A stretch of DNA of 64,000 nt from an uncultured Lachnospiraceae bacterium (lineage in GTDB: Bacteria > Bacillota > Clostridia > Lachnospirales > Lachnospiraceae), in NCBI GenBank assembly GCA_902785635.1, contig CACZZH010000001.1, positions 14,229 to 78,228 on the forward strand, read 5' to 3'. The notes beneath the pieces were generated by a model. That model did not search any database. It was not told the DNA's origin and saw nothing but the letters and a program-made list of their open reading frames with translations. Position numbers and translations under genes: made by a program. Positions within the stretch are counted from its first letter, which is position 1; every line of letters begins with the position of its first letter. Below are positions 1-8,070 of the stretch, piece by piece.

Positions 1-1
1 C

Positions 2-1519
2 ATTATCATTATCACCATTCTTCTCTATCTGTCCTGTATGCTCATCATCGGTGCAGCATTCAGCAGAAAGAGTTCGTCTTCCTCCGAGGATTTCTACATC
101 GGCGGAAGGAGCCTCGGACCGATCGTTACCGCAATGAGCGCGGAAGCCTCGGATATGAGCAGCTGGCTGCTTATGGGACTTCCGGGTCTGGCATATCTTG
201 CCGGTATTGCGGAAGTAGGTTGGACAGCCATCGGCCTGGCGGTCGGCACCTATCTCAACTGGCTGATCGTTGCAAGACGTCTCCGCCGCTACTCTGCCAG
301 ACTGAACGCATTTACGATCCCGGACTTTTTCTCCAGAAGATACAATGATAAAAAGCACCTGCTGTCTATGGTCGCAGCCCTGATCATCATTATTTTCTTC
401 ATCCCGTACACGGCTTCCGGTTTTAAAGCCGTCGGCACCCTGTTCAACAGCCTGTTTGGCGTGGAGTATCACATTGCCATGGTATTCGGTTCGATCATCA
501 TCATTACCTATACCGTGCTCGGCGGTTTCATGGCTGTCTCCACAACGGATCTTCTGCAGAGCATTTTTATGACGATCGCTCTGGTCGTTATCGTCTTCTT
601 CGGAATTTCCCAGGCAGGCGGACTTGGCGCAGTCGCTGAAAATGCTTCAAAGCTCCCCGGATACCTCAACCTGACCCAGGGATATAACGCAGCTGACGGA
701 ACAGCCGGCTCATATGGCTTCCTCAGTATCGCATCGACGCTCGCATGGGGACTGGGATATTTCGGGATGCCCCACATCCTGCTTCGCTTTATGGCGATCC
801 GTCATGAAAAGGAACTCTCGATCTCCCGCCGCATCGCGTCCGTCTGGGTCGTTCTGTCCATGGGCATTGCCGCATTCATCGGTATCATAGGATACAGCGT
901 TTCTATCGCAAATAAGATCCCGATGCTTACCACCAGTTCTGAGTCAGAGACGATCATCATGAAACTTGCTGATCTGATGAGCAGGCACGGCTTCCTCTTT
1001 GCCATCATGGCAGGCATTATCCTGGCCGGCATCCTGGCCGCCACGATGTCGACCGCGGATTCACAGCTTCTTGCTGCATCCTCCAGTGTTTCCCAGGATC
1101 TTTTACAGGATTTCTTCGGCATCCGTCTTTCGGAAACGGGAACCATGGTAGCAGCCAGATGTACCGTTGTAGGCATTGCTCTGATCGCGCTGATCCTTGC
1201 GTGGAACCCGAACAGCTCCGTGTTCCGCGTGGTCTCCTTCGCGTGGGCCGGTTTTGGCGCCACCTTTGGTCCGACCATGCTCCTGGCTCTGTTCGATCGC
1301 CGTTCCAATATGCAGGGAGCGCTTGCAGGCATGATCAGCGGAGCAGCTCTGATCTTCATCTGGAAATTCGTAATTGCGCCGATGGGCGGCGTATGGGGTA
1401 TTTATGAACTGCTTCCGGCATTCCTTGTCGCCCTGATCATAAACATCGTTGTCAGCAGGCTCACACCCGAATCAGATGCCCAGGTGCTCAAAACATATGA
1501 CCAGATCAAAAATGCATAA
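2..1519 (+). CDS. putP: Sodium/proline symporter (SSS family); 5' end runs off the window
   Basis: Frame is open to the window edge. The GGRSLGPIVTAMSAEASDMSSWLLMGLPGLAY block is typical of PutP-type Na+/solute symporters. Multiple hydrophobic helices throughout. Confidence 0.85.
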   Translation: MIIITILLYLSCMLIIGAAFSRKSSSSSEDFYIGGRSLGPIVTAMSAEASDMSSWLLMGLPGLAYLAGIAEVGWTAIGLAVGTYLNWLIVARRLRRYSARLNAFTIPDFFSRRYNDKKHLLSMVAALIIIIFFIPYTASGFKAVGTLFNSLFGVEYHIAMVFGSIIIITYTVLGGFMAVSTTDLLQSIFMTIALVVIVFFGISQAGGLGAVAENASKLPGYLNLTQGYNAADGTAGSYGFLSIASTLAWGLGYFGMPHILLRFMAIRHEKELSISRRIASVWVVLSMGIAAFIGIIGYSVSIANKIPMLTTSSESETIIMKLADLMSRHGFLFAIMAGIILAGILAATMSTADSQLLAASSSVSQDLLQDFFGIRLSETGTMVAARCTVVGIALIALILAWNPNSSVFRVVSFAWAGFGATFGPTMLLALFDRRSNMQGALAGMISGAALIFIWKFVIAPMGGVWGIYELLPAFLVALIINIVVSRLTPESDAQVLKTYDQIKNA

Positions 1520-1530
1520 ATCATAACACT

Positions 1531-2157
1531 TCAACCATTTTTTGCGGCAGGCAGCTCTCTTTGCTGACCTGCCGTTTCCATTTTCCGGAAACAGACTTCG
1601 CTTATATGGGTCGATCTTCTGACCGAAGCCGGCTGATCTCTATGCTCTCCTATGACTTTCTCCATCCAGATCATATTATACCAGCGGCCAAACTTATATG
1701 CACACTGACGGAATAAACCTACAGTTTTAAATCCAAGATGCTCATGAAAATCCGCACTGTTTGTCGTAAGATATTCATCTTCCTTTTCAGGATACGCGAT
1801 ACAGCCATATACATTCAGGATCCCCATTTTTTTCAGTTCTGCTTCCAGTGCTTCGGAAAGAATTCGACCTAACCCGCACTTCCGGGCGCTGCGGTCGAGG
1901 TAGATACTTATTTCACAGGACCAGTCATAGGCTGCCCGGCCTTTAAAGACCCCGGCATATGCATATCCTTCTGTTTTTCCGTCTCTCACAATAACGAGAT
2001 AGGGATATTTTTCCAGAGTGTTCTCCATCCGTCTTGTGAATTCATCGAGAGACGGCGTTTCGTATTCAAATGATATCGCCGTGTTCCTGACGTAGTAGTC
2101 ATAGATCTCCAGCAGTCGCCCTGCGTCTTCTTTTTTTGCAGTTCTTATTTCAATCAT
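1531..2157 (-). CDS. GNAT N-acetyltransferase (phosphinothricin-acetyltransferase-like)
   Basis: IEIRTAKKEDAGRLLEIYDYYV N-terminus and the acetyl-CoA motif RKCGLGRILSEAL. ATG at 2157; the track start at 2169 is GTG. Confidence 0.75.
   Translation of the reverse strand: MIEIRTAKKEDAGRLLEIYDYYVRNTAISFEYETPSLDEFTRRMENTLEKYPYLVIVRDGKTEGYAYAGVFKGRAAYDWSCEISIYLDRSARKCGLGRILSEALEAELKKMGILNVYGCIAYPEKEDEYLTTNSADFHEHLGFKTVGLFRQCAYKFGRWYNMIWMEKVIGEHRDQPASVRRSTHISEVCFRKMETAGQQRELPAAKNG
1544..1586 (+). terminator. Weak hairpin plus T-rich tract after putP
   Basis: CGGCAGG-16 nt-CCTGCCG followed by TTTCCATTTTCC. It lies inside the 3' end of the convergent GNAT ORF. Confidence 0.35.
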
Positions 2158-2233
2158 AACCCTTTTCACCTATGAACCTGATTTTCCGCTTTTCAGACAT
2201 TATAGCATAACAGTAAGAGCACGCCAATGGAGC

Positions 2234-2271
2234 ACAACAAAAGGAGCCCACCACCCGAAGGTGATGAGCTC
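2234..2271 (-). terminator. Rho-independent terminator of the LRR protein gene
   Basis: On the minus strand: GAGCUCAUCACC-UUCG-GGUGGUGGGCUC, a 12-bp stem with a UUCG tetraloop, followed by CUUUUGUUGUG. Confidence 0.75.
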
Positions 2272-2307
2272 TGGATCCTACGCCGTACTGTTCCGGAATC
2301 ACGTTTT

Positions 2308-4095
2308 TTAATATTTGGTGATCTTTACTTTTTTCCCGATCCCTCTCTTCTTCAGAAATGTCGTATATGCTTTGAGCTTCGCCTTCGGCACCTTGATGAC
2401 CGCTTTTGCATAAATACCTTTGAAAGCATTTGCGCCAACTTTTTTGGAAGTCAGTTTCGAAGTCCTGATCACGATCGTTTTAAGCTTCTTACAATTCAGA
2501 AAAGCGTTCTTCCCGATCGTTTTGACCCCGGCTCCAATCGTTATTTTGGTAAGGTTCCTGCATCCGGAAAACGCTCCGGTACCGATCGACGTCACGTTCT
2601 TTCCAATGGTTACTGTAGTCAGCTTACTGCAGCCTTTGAAAGCGTTTGCGGAGATCTTTGTCACTTTCCTCGCTTTTCCGCCGATCTTTACCGTAGCCGG
2701 AACAGCGAGCTTTGTAATGTTCTTATTCTTCGGCTTCGTCAGCACAGCGCTCGAACCTGACAGTTTATATTTTCCATTACTTACCGTTACGGCAGCTGCA
2801 GAGGCACCGGTATTTGCAGTTGGTTCTTTTGTGCCATTGGAGGCAGATGTACTTGAGGCGGGAGGATCAACAGAGGCTTTATTGGTGACACCTCCGGCTT
2901 TTACTGTCACAAATCTGTCAACATACAGGTAGTATGAGATATCTGAGGATCTGGTTCCCCCGGCAGCTCCATGGATATAAATAGTGACATTGAGATAGTG
3001 CGGATCTTTGAAATAATCATAGTTATCATCCGGAACATTTTGTCTTCCCTTCCATACTGCTGCACGCAGGCTGGCGGCTTCGCTGACATCCAGCAATGTT
3101 ATTGCATTCGACCGGCTGTCAAGATAATTCAACGCTGTGTTCCTGCTGATATTCAGAGTCTTCAATTTGTTGGAGGAACAGTTCAGGGTCCTCAGATCTG
3201 TATTTCTGCTGATATTCAAAGTCTCCAGTTTATTGGAAGAACAGTTCAGACTGGTGATCCGCGTAAAATACTCGATCCCTTTCAGCGAAGTAATATTCCG
3301 CCCGGAACAGTCAACAGAAATGACCGCTTCGATCTCCGCACTGCTGAGCCGGTTATCATTGTCTGTATCGAAAGACTTAACGACGCTGCGGAAACCGGCA
3401 TCCGGGAAATTCGTACTGTTGATCTCAGCTACTATTACTGCGGAAGGAGTGACAGGCTGTGAGGAAGAAGGTGTATTTGTGCTGCCGGAGCCTTCTTCGT
3501 ATCCTTTCACCGGCCCGACAACAGAGCCATCATCCAGCAGAATCTTCACTTTCTTGTCAACTGCAACATAGGAATCTGTCGCATTGTCAGCAAAAGTATA
3601 TGACTTTCCCCCGTTTTTATCATTTTCATATACCCCATTTTTCACTGCTTTTGACAGATAGGGACACTTGCTGAGATCAAGCACGGTAAAAGCATTCCCA
3701 TACGCCCACAGCTGTTTCAGACCCGTATTGCCTGTTACATTCAGGGATGTCAGCTTCGTCTCACAAACATCCAGATAAGTCAGCTTGAGATTACCGGACA
3801 GATCCAGAGTTTGGACCGGGCATGTCGAACAGCTCAGCCGTTCCAGATTTTCAAAGACCGCAATACCGGTCAGATCCTTGACAGTCTGGCTTTTTCCACA
3901 GTCGATCTGGGTGACATCCGGATATACAATTACATTATACTCCCCGAAGTATTGTTCATGTTTTTTAAGGACCTCCCGGAAACCTGCATCCGGAAAGTTC
4001 TGTTCGGTCACTTCAATTCCGGCAAACGCAGGAATCGCAAAAAGCAGAGCTAAAAGCAGAGCTATGAGAATAGATAAACCGATCCGTTTTTTCAT
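2308..4095 (-). CDS. Secreted leucine-rich-repeat surface protein (internalin-like LRRs plus BspA-type LRR_5 C-terminus)
   Basis: Signal peptide MKKRIGLSILIALLLALLFAIPAFA. 21-aa LRR units such as LNISRNTDLRTLNCSSNKLKT / LNISRNTALNYLDSRSNAITL. C-terminal AFKGCSKLTTVTIGKNVTSIGTGAFSGC repeats. ATG at 4095 follows GGAAAGGGG. Confidence 0.75.
   Translation of the reverse strand: MKKRIGLSILIALLLALLFAIPAFAGIEVTEQNFPDAGFREVLKKHEQYFGEYNVIVYPDVTQIDCGKSQTVKDLTGIAVFENLERLSCSTCPVQTLDLSGNLKLTYLDVCETKLTSLNVTGNTGLKQLWAYGNAFTVLDLSKCPYLSKAVKNGVYENDKNGGKSYTFADNATDSYVAVDKKVKILLDDGSVVGPVKGYEEGSGSTNTPSSSQPVTPSAVIVAEINSTNFPDAGFRSVVKSFDTDNDNRLSSAEIEAVISVDCSGRNITSLKGIEYFTRITSLNCSSNKLETLNISRNTDLRTLNCSSNKLKTLNISRNTALNYLDSRSNAITLLDVSEAASLRAAVWKGRQNVPDDNYDYFKDPHYLNVTIYIHGAAGGTRSSDISYYLYVDRFVTVKAGGVTNKASVDPPASSTSASNGTKEPTANTGASAAAVTVSNGKYKLSGSSAVLTKPKNKNITKLAVPATVKIGGKARKVTKISANAFKGCSKLTTVTIGKNVTSIGTGAFSGCRNLTKITIGAGVKTIGKNAFLNCKKLKTIVIRTSKLTSKKVGANAFKGIYAKAVIKVPKAKLKAYTTFLKKRGIGKKVKITKY
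3141..3266 (-). repeat. In-frame 63-bp tandem repeat encoding LRR units
   Basis: tcctgctgatattcagagtcttcaatttgttggaggaacagttcag at 3141 recurs as ttctgctgatattcaaagtctccagtttattggaagaacagttcag at 3204. Confidence 0.7.
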
Positions 4096-4167
4096 CACTG
4101 CACCCCTTTCCTGTTACATAGAACTGGACATTTCACAAATAGTTCTTTCCATTAGTGCTACCGCATT

Positions 4168-4626
4168 TTATTCTGCCTTACGACTGCAGTTTATAAAAAA
4201 TGCGTTTAATTGAGAAAAAGTCATTTGACTTCGAACCATATAATGTTTCTCATTCTCAGGCGTCTTCCAGCACAGCGCGATCGCGCTTCCGTCATCTATC
4301 CCCGTAAATGATAATCTCTCTGTTCCAAAATCAATTCGGATCGTAGCATCTGTTTCCGTTGCTGCCTTTCTGCTGAAGACTACTGTATCCTGATTCAGCA
4401 GAAACATGTCATAATATTCTATATCTGCTGACTGCACCGGAAATGACAGATCCCCGCGCGAAAGTGTAGCTGTAGTATGAAAACGGAAGGCATCATTGAT
4501 CGCAAGCGCATCCTTTTTGTAGTTGCTGCGGAGTATCAGCGTGTATATAAAAAACACGCCGACAGCTATGCCAGATGCAGCAGCAGTAATACATATCAAC
4601 ATACCTAAAGAGAATCTACTTCTCAT
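4168..4626 (-). CDS. Hypothetical membrane-anchored protein
   Basis: One N-terminal TM helix (LGMLICITAAASGIAVGVFFIYTLIL) followed by a ~110-aa soluble part. I recognise no family. ATG at 4626 follows GGAGAGG. Confidence 0.5.
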   Translation of the reverse strand: MRSRFSLGMLICITAAASGIAVGVFFIYTLILRSNYKKDALAINDAFRFHTTATLSRGDLSFPVQSADIEYYDMFLLNQDTVVFSRKAATETDATIRIDFGTERLSFTGIDDGSAIALCWKTPENEKHYMVRSQMTFSQLNAFFINCSRKAE

Positions 4627-4745
4627 ATTCAAGCACCTCTCCAGCACTCCTCTGTTACTCGGGTTTGGTCTCTTCGTCTGCTTTGATTGTAATCATTATA
4701 GCAAATGGTTTTCACAATGCCAATAAATTATATGATGCCAGGGTC

Positions 4746-4794
4746 AAAAGCCTCGTTCCACGGCAAGCTGGCCTGCCGTGGAACGAGGCTTTTT
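4746..4794 (-). terminator. Rho-independent terminator after the esterase gene (bidirectional shape)
   Basis: AAAAGCCTCGTTCCACGGCA-8 nt-TGCCGTGGAACGAGGCTTTT, a perfect 16-bp stem with A/T runs on both sides. Confidence 0.8.
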
Positions 4795-4827
4795 GTGAGC
4801 TTCAAAACAAAGAAACTCTTAAATGAT

Positions 4828-6339
4828 TTACTTCGAAACTATTGTACTGTACATGATCTTCCCTACACACGCAAGCTTCGGATCTCCGTTTTCAAGCATG
4901 GATTCTTTCAGGAATTCCTCTGAAGGATTGATCTGAACGGTACGTGTGATATCCCCTGTTTTTATTGTCACCGGTCTGGAGACATCGATCAGATCCGGAT
5001 GAAAGAGGATGGCAAAGTCTCCATTCACATTCTCATCGGGCTCCACCGTGATCGTGTTGGAGGCAGCATCGAATGAGGCTGTTATGATCCCCCGGTCAAC
5101 GGACGGTCCGGCTTCAAGCCAGTAGAAACTGTCTTTCTCTCTTTTGGATGCCCTGGTTGAAAGATCCCATACGATCTTCTCAGGAACCGCATTGCGGGTA
5201 AAACCGGAGACATAGCGGACCGCATTGGTATTGATCTCCTCTGTTTCGAGATTTAAAGTCTTTTTAATGATCTCCATGATACCATTGTCAAGTTCTTTAT
5301 GTTCACCCACCTGATAATACGAAAGTTCGGAAACATCACGGCCAAGTCCGCAGTTCTCCTGAACATCCAGGAACTGATCCAGCACATTTTCAGGAACTGC
5401 CCGGTCAGCAAAATCAGCCGGGTCTTTCAGTACCTCAGACATCTCATCTTCATAGTCAGTATAATTATGTCCGGCAGGAACATGAATACACACCATGTGT
5501 TCATAACCGAACCCATATTTTTCCCGGTAATCAGACAATGTCTTTTCAAACTCAGCCGCCCGCACCGACCGTATAACATCCTCTGTGTAATAATCCCGTA
5601 TCCCCGCCTGAAAGCTGATCGGACAATTCGCCAGATTCAAAAGCCTCACACCGTTCGGATGCCCCGAGGACATATTGACGGCTGCAAAACGGTCCGCAAG
5701 CCTTGGCGCGATCTGGTAAACGCCGTCTCCTCCTGCAGAGAAACCAAGCAGATAGACACGATCCGGATCTGCACCATAGTTGACGACCATCGCTTCGATC
5801 AGACGGTCATACAACGGATAGGAATCTTCCTGAAAATGCAGATCCCAGGTGTCCGTGATCCCCCGGCAGGCGACATAGATTCCATTGTCTACAGCGCTTT
5901 TGTAATAATGAAACATGTCGATCCACTGATCATTGTTGCCCTCGGCCGGCCCGCCTCCGCCGCCATGAAGCGTAATAAACAGCGGATACTTCCCGTTATC
6001 GCCCGGGTCTCCCTTTTTCTCCATAAAAAACCTCATGGTTTTCCCTTCATGGGTCAGGATATAGAATTCTCTCTCTTCTTCCGGATACGCATATGTCGGT
6101 ATCACTTCTTTCGTCAGTCTGATCTCAGAATTCAGTTCCTCTTTCAGGTCTTCGTTCTGATAAAACTGTCCGGATACTTTATCCACCATTTCGTGGACTT
6201 CTTCTTTTGTAAGGTGGGATGACGAAGGGTTCACGACCAGCGTATCCTGTTCATGTGCATTTGCAGCCACTGACAATAGGAACGCGCCGATCAGTGCAGC
6301 AGCCGCTGCACGCCGAAACCCCAGGGTTTTTCTTTTCAT
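4828..6339 (-). CDS. Secreted alpha/beta-hydrolase (esterase / depolymerase-like)
   Basis: Signal peptide. LHGGGGG block and GFSAGG nucleophile elbow (G-x-S-x-G). GGAGG ribosome-binding site before the ATG at 6339. Confidence 0.7.
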   Translation of the reverse strand: MKRKTLGFRRAAAAALIGAFLLSVAANAHEQDTLVVNPSSSHLTKEEVHEMVDKVSGQFYQNEDLKEELNSEIRLTKEVIPTYAYPEEEREFYILTHEGKTMRFFMEKKGDPGDNGKYPLFITLHGGGGGPAEGNNDQWIDMFHYYKSAVDNGIYVACRGITDTWDLHFQEDSYPLYDRLIEAMVVNYGADPDRVYLLGFSAGGDGVYQIAPRLADRFAAVNMSSGHPNGVRLLNLANCPISFQAGIRDYYTEDVIRSVRAAEFEKTLSDYREKYGFGYEHMVCIHVPAGHNYTDYEDEMSEVLKDPADFADRAVPENVLDQFLDVQENCGLGRDVSELSYYQVGEHKELDNGIMEIIKKTLNLETEEINTNAVRYVSGFTRNAVPEKIVWDLSTRASKREKDSFYWLEAGPSVDRGIITASFDAASNTITVEPDENVNGDFAILFHPDLIDVSRPVTIKTGDITRTVQINPSEEFLKESMLENGDPKLACVGKIMYSTIVSK

Positions 6340-6610
6340 TGTTTATACCTCCGCTCTGTCTGAGTCATATTGATCTTTATCATTCTACCCTTTTCTGCTT
6401 TGTGTACGAATATATACGTGAGATCCGGCCGGAATCCATAGCATTCAGATGAATGATGGAAAACCAATGTTTTTTGTTTTCTGCGTGGATATCCGCGAGG
6501 CAGAACGTATATATAGATAACAAAGATAAAACCGTGAAATAAAGCTCATACACAAAATACATGTACCTGCAAAGGAGCTTTCATAGATCAATAGAAAAGG
6601 AGAAAACATT

Positions 6611-6826
6611 ATGTCAAACATTAAAAACAACCCGTTTCTTTCAGCTATTATTACTTTCGCTGCGACCTGGGCAGCATTCCCTGTGGCAGCATTGCTCAGA
6701 AGCGCCATCAGAGGCATCTCTTTTGCAGAAGCAGCCTGCGCGCCATCGATGATCATAGCCTTTGCGGCCGGTTCAATTGTAGGTGCAGTTTCATCGTACC
6801 TGCATAAAAAAAATAAGGAACAGTAA
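6611..6826 (+). CDS. Small (71 aa) two-TM membrane protein with a basic C-terminus
   Basis: AAAGGAG ribosome-binding site 8 nt before the ATG. Two hydrophobic helices and an HKKNKEQ tail. A clean terminator follows. Confidence 0.55.
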   Translation: MSNIKNNPFLSAIITFAATWAAFPVAALLRSAIRGISFAEAACAPSMIIAFAAGSIVGAVSSYLHKKNKEQ

Positions 6827-6840
6827 ATTATACTCATTGA

Positions 6841-6880
6841 AAAAGACATGCATTTCGTAAAAGAGATGCATGTCTTTTTT
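6841..6880 (+). terminator. Rho-independent terminator of the 71-aa gene
   Basis: AAAAGACATGCAT-12 nt-ATGCATGTCTTTTTT. Confidence 0.75.
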
Positions 6881-6920
6881 ATGTTCCAGGGTCTTCCGCA
6901 GGAACCTTTCTCCCTTGGGC

Positions 6921-6969
6921 GGACACAAAGAACTGCCGCACCAAGCATCTCTTGGTGCGGCAGTTCTTT
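6921..6969 (-). terminator. Rho-independent terminator of the GG-leader peptide gene
   Basis: AAAGAACTGCCGCACCAAG-5 nt-CTTGGTGCGGCAGTTCTTT. On the minus strand it is followed by TTTGTGT. Confidence 0.7.
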
Positions 6970-6976
6970 CATTCTT

Positions 6977-7207
6977 TTAATGTCCTGCGTGAACGCCGTA
7001 GGGCAGTTCGATGAGCCTTCTGGCTTCGTCGATATCATCGGCATCTGCGATCCCTTTGAGAAGCTCCTCAAAGCTTTTCCTGTCAAGTTTCTTCATCAGG
7101 AAGTTCAGCATATCTCTATGGGGGGTGTCCAGTTCATTAATGGCCACACCGCCGGCTATGTTCTCAAGATCATCGAGATTGATCTCATGCAAAATATTAT
7201 CACTCAT
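6977..7207 (-). CDS. Double-glycine-leader peptide precursor (20-aa leader + 56-aa acidic core)
   Basis: The leader MSDNILHEINLDDLENIAGG has hydrophobic residues at -4/-7/-12/-15 and GG at -2/-1. AGGAGGA ribosome-binding site 7 nt before the ATG. Own terminator. Confidence 0.6.
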   Translation of the reverse strand: MSDNILHEINLDDLENIAGGVAINELDTPHRDMLNFLMKKLDRKSFEELLKGIADADDIDEARRLIELPYGVHAGH

Positions 7208-7245
7208 TTTCTTATCCTCCTGCTTTATAACCGGTCCTTTTCTGA

Positions 7246-7890
7246 TCAGTCGAAGTCGAATGCGCCGTCAAAATCGTCGTCATCGTAGTCGTAAAACTCA
7301 TGGTCATCGTAGTCGTAAAACTCATGGTCATGATCAAATTCATAGTCTTTACCGATGATCGAGCCATCGATCGCGCTGATCTTGTATTCATATTCACGGC
7401 CGTCCAGTCCGAAGAATTTGATCTCAAAATTGATCATGCCGTCATCCATGTCTTTTTCACATCTTGTGAAGGTGACCTCTGATTCCAGGAGGCCCGCATC
7501 TTTCAGCGCTATGGTTTTTGCCTGCTTTTGGGAGATCTCACCGTCTGCATCTGCTCTCTTCACTTCTTTTTCAAAAAGAACACTGTACTCAAAATCATCC
7601 TCATCATTCCACAGGTCCATATCTTTGTCAATGATCTTTCCGGTATTCACATCGATATCGAATTCATATTTCACTTCTCCGGGAATAACGAAATCGATCT
7701 CAAAGATATCTCTTCCGTCATCCAGATCATTGAGTGTCTTTGTGAAAACGATCTGATCTGTGTCCACACCTGATGCGCTTACAGCGATCTGCTTTGCTTC
7801 CTCTTTTGTAATACCTGCAGCAAATGTACTTACAGCACCTGCGGTCATCATCATTGTTCCGATTGCAATAGCGGTAAATAATTTCTTCAT
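7246..7890 (-). CDS. Secreted tandem-PepSY-domain protein with an acidic/aromatic C-terminal tail
   Basis: Signal peptide ending STFAAG. Two PepSY-like units (…FEIDFVIPGEVKYEFDIDVNTGKII… and …INFEIKFFGLDGREYEYKISAIDGSII…). Tail is DHDHEFYDYDDHEFYDYDDDDFDGAFDFD. AGGAGG ribosome-binding site. Confidence 0.75.
   Translation of the reverse strand: MKKLFTAIAIGTMMMTAGAVSTFAAGITKEEAKQIAVSASGVDTDQIVFTKTLNDLDDGRDIFEIDFVIPGEVKYEFDIDVNTGKIIDKDMDLWNDEDDFEYSVLFEKEVKRADADGEISQKQAKTIALKDAGLLESEVTFTRCEKDMDDGMINFEIKFFGLDGREYEYKISAIDGSIIGKDYEFDHDHEFYDYDDHEFYDYDDDDFDGAFDFD
7280..7327 (-). repeat. 24-bp x2 in-frame tandem repeat (encodes HEFYDYDD x2)
   Basis: tcatcgtagtcgtaaaactcatgg occurs twice in direct succession. 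Confidence 0.85.
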
Positions 7891-8070
7891 TTGTGGTACC
7901 TCCTAAAAATTCCATATTTTTTCCGGCAGCCGGTCTTCTCTCTTTTTTTCGACTGCTCTTGTTTGTTTTCAAATCTATATACGGTTTTATTTAAGAAATG
8001 CCACGCTTATTTTTTTATTTTTTTCAGAATTATTATCAGTTTTTTTCAGATCATATGGTTCAGAGCTTCA

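Noticed and set aside
6445-7086. 213-aa minus-strand ORF spanning the 71-aa gene and part of the GG-peptide gene.
   Set aside because: It runs straight through two strong terminator hairpins (6841-6880 and 6921-6969). It overlaps two better-supported small genes that have ribosome-binding sites. Its sequence has no features.
6611-7890. Reading the small 2-TM protein plus neighbours as a prophage lysis cassette (holin).
   Set aside because: No endolysin, terminase, capsid or integrase genes occur anywhere nearby. The holin-like topology alone is not sufficient.
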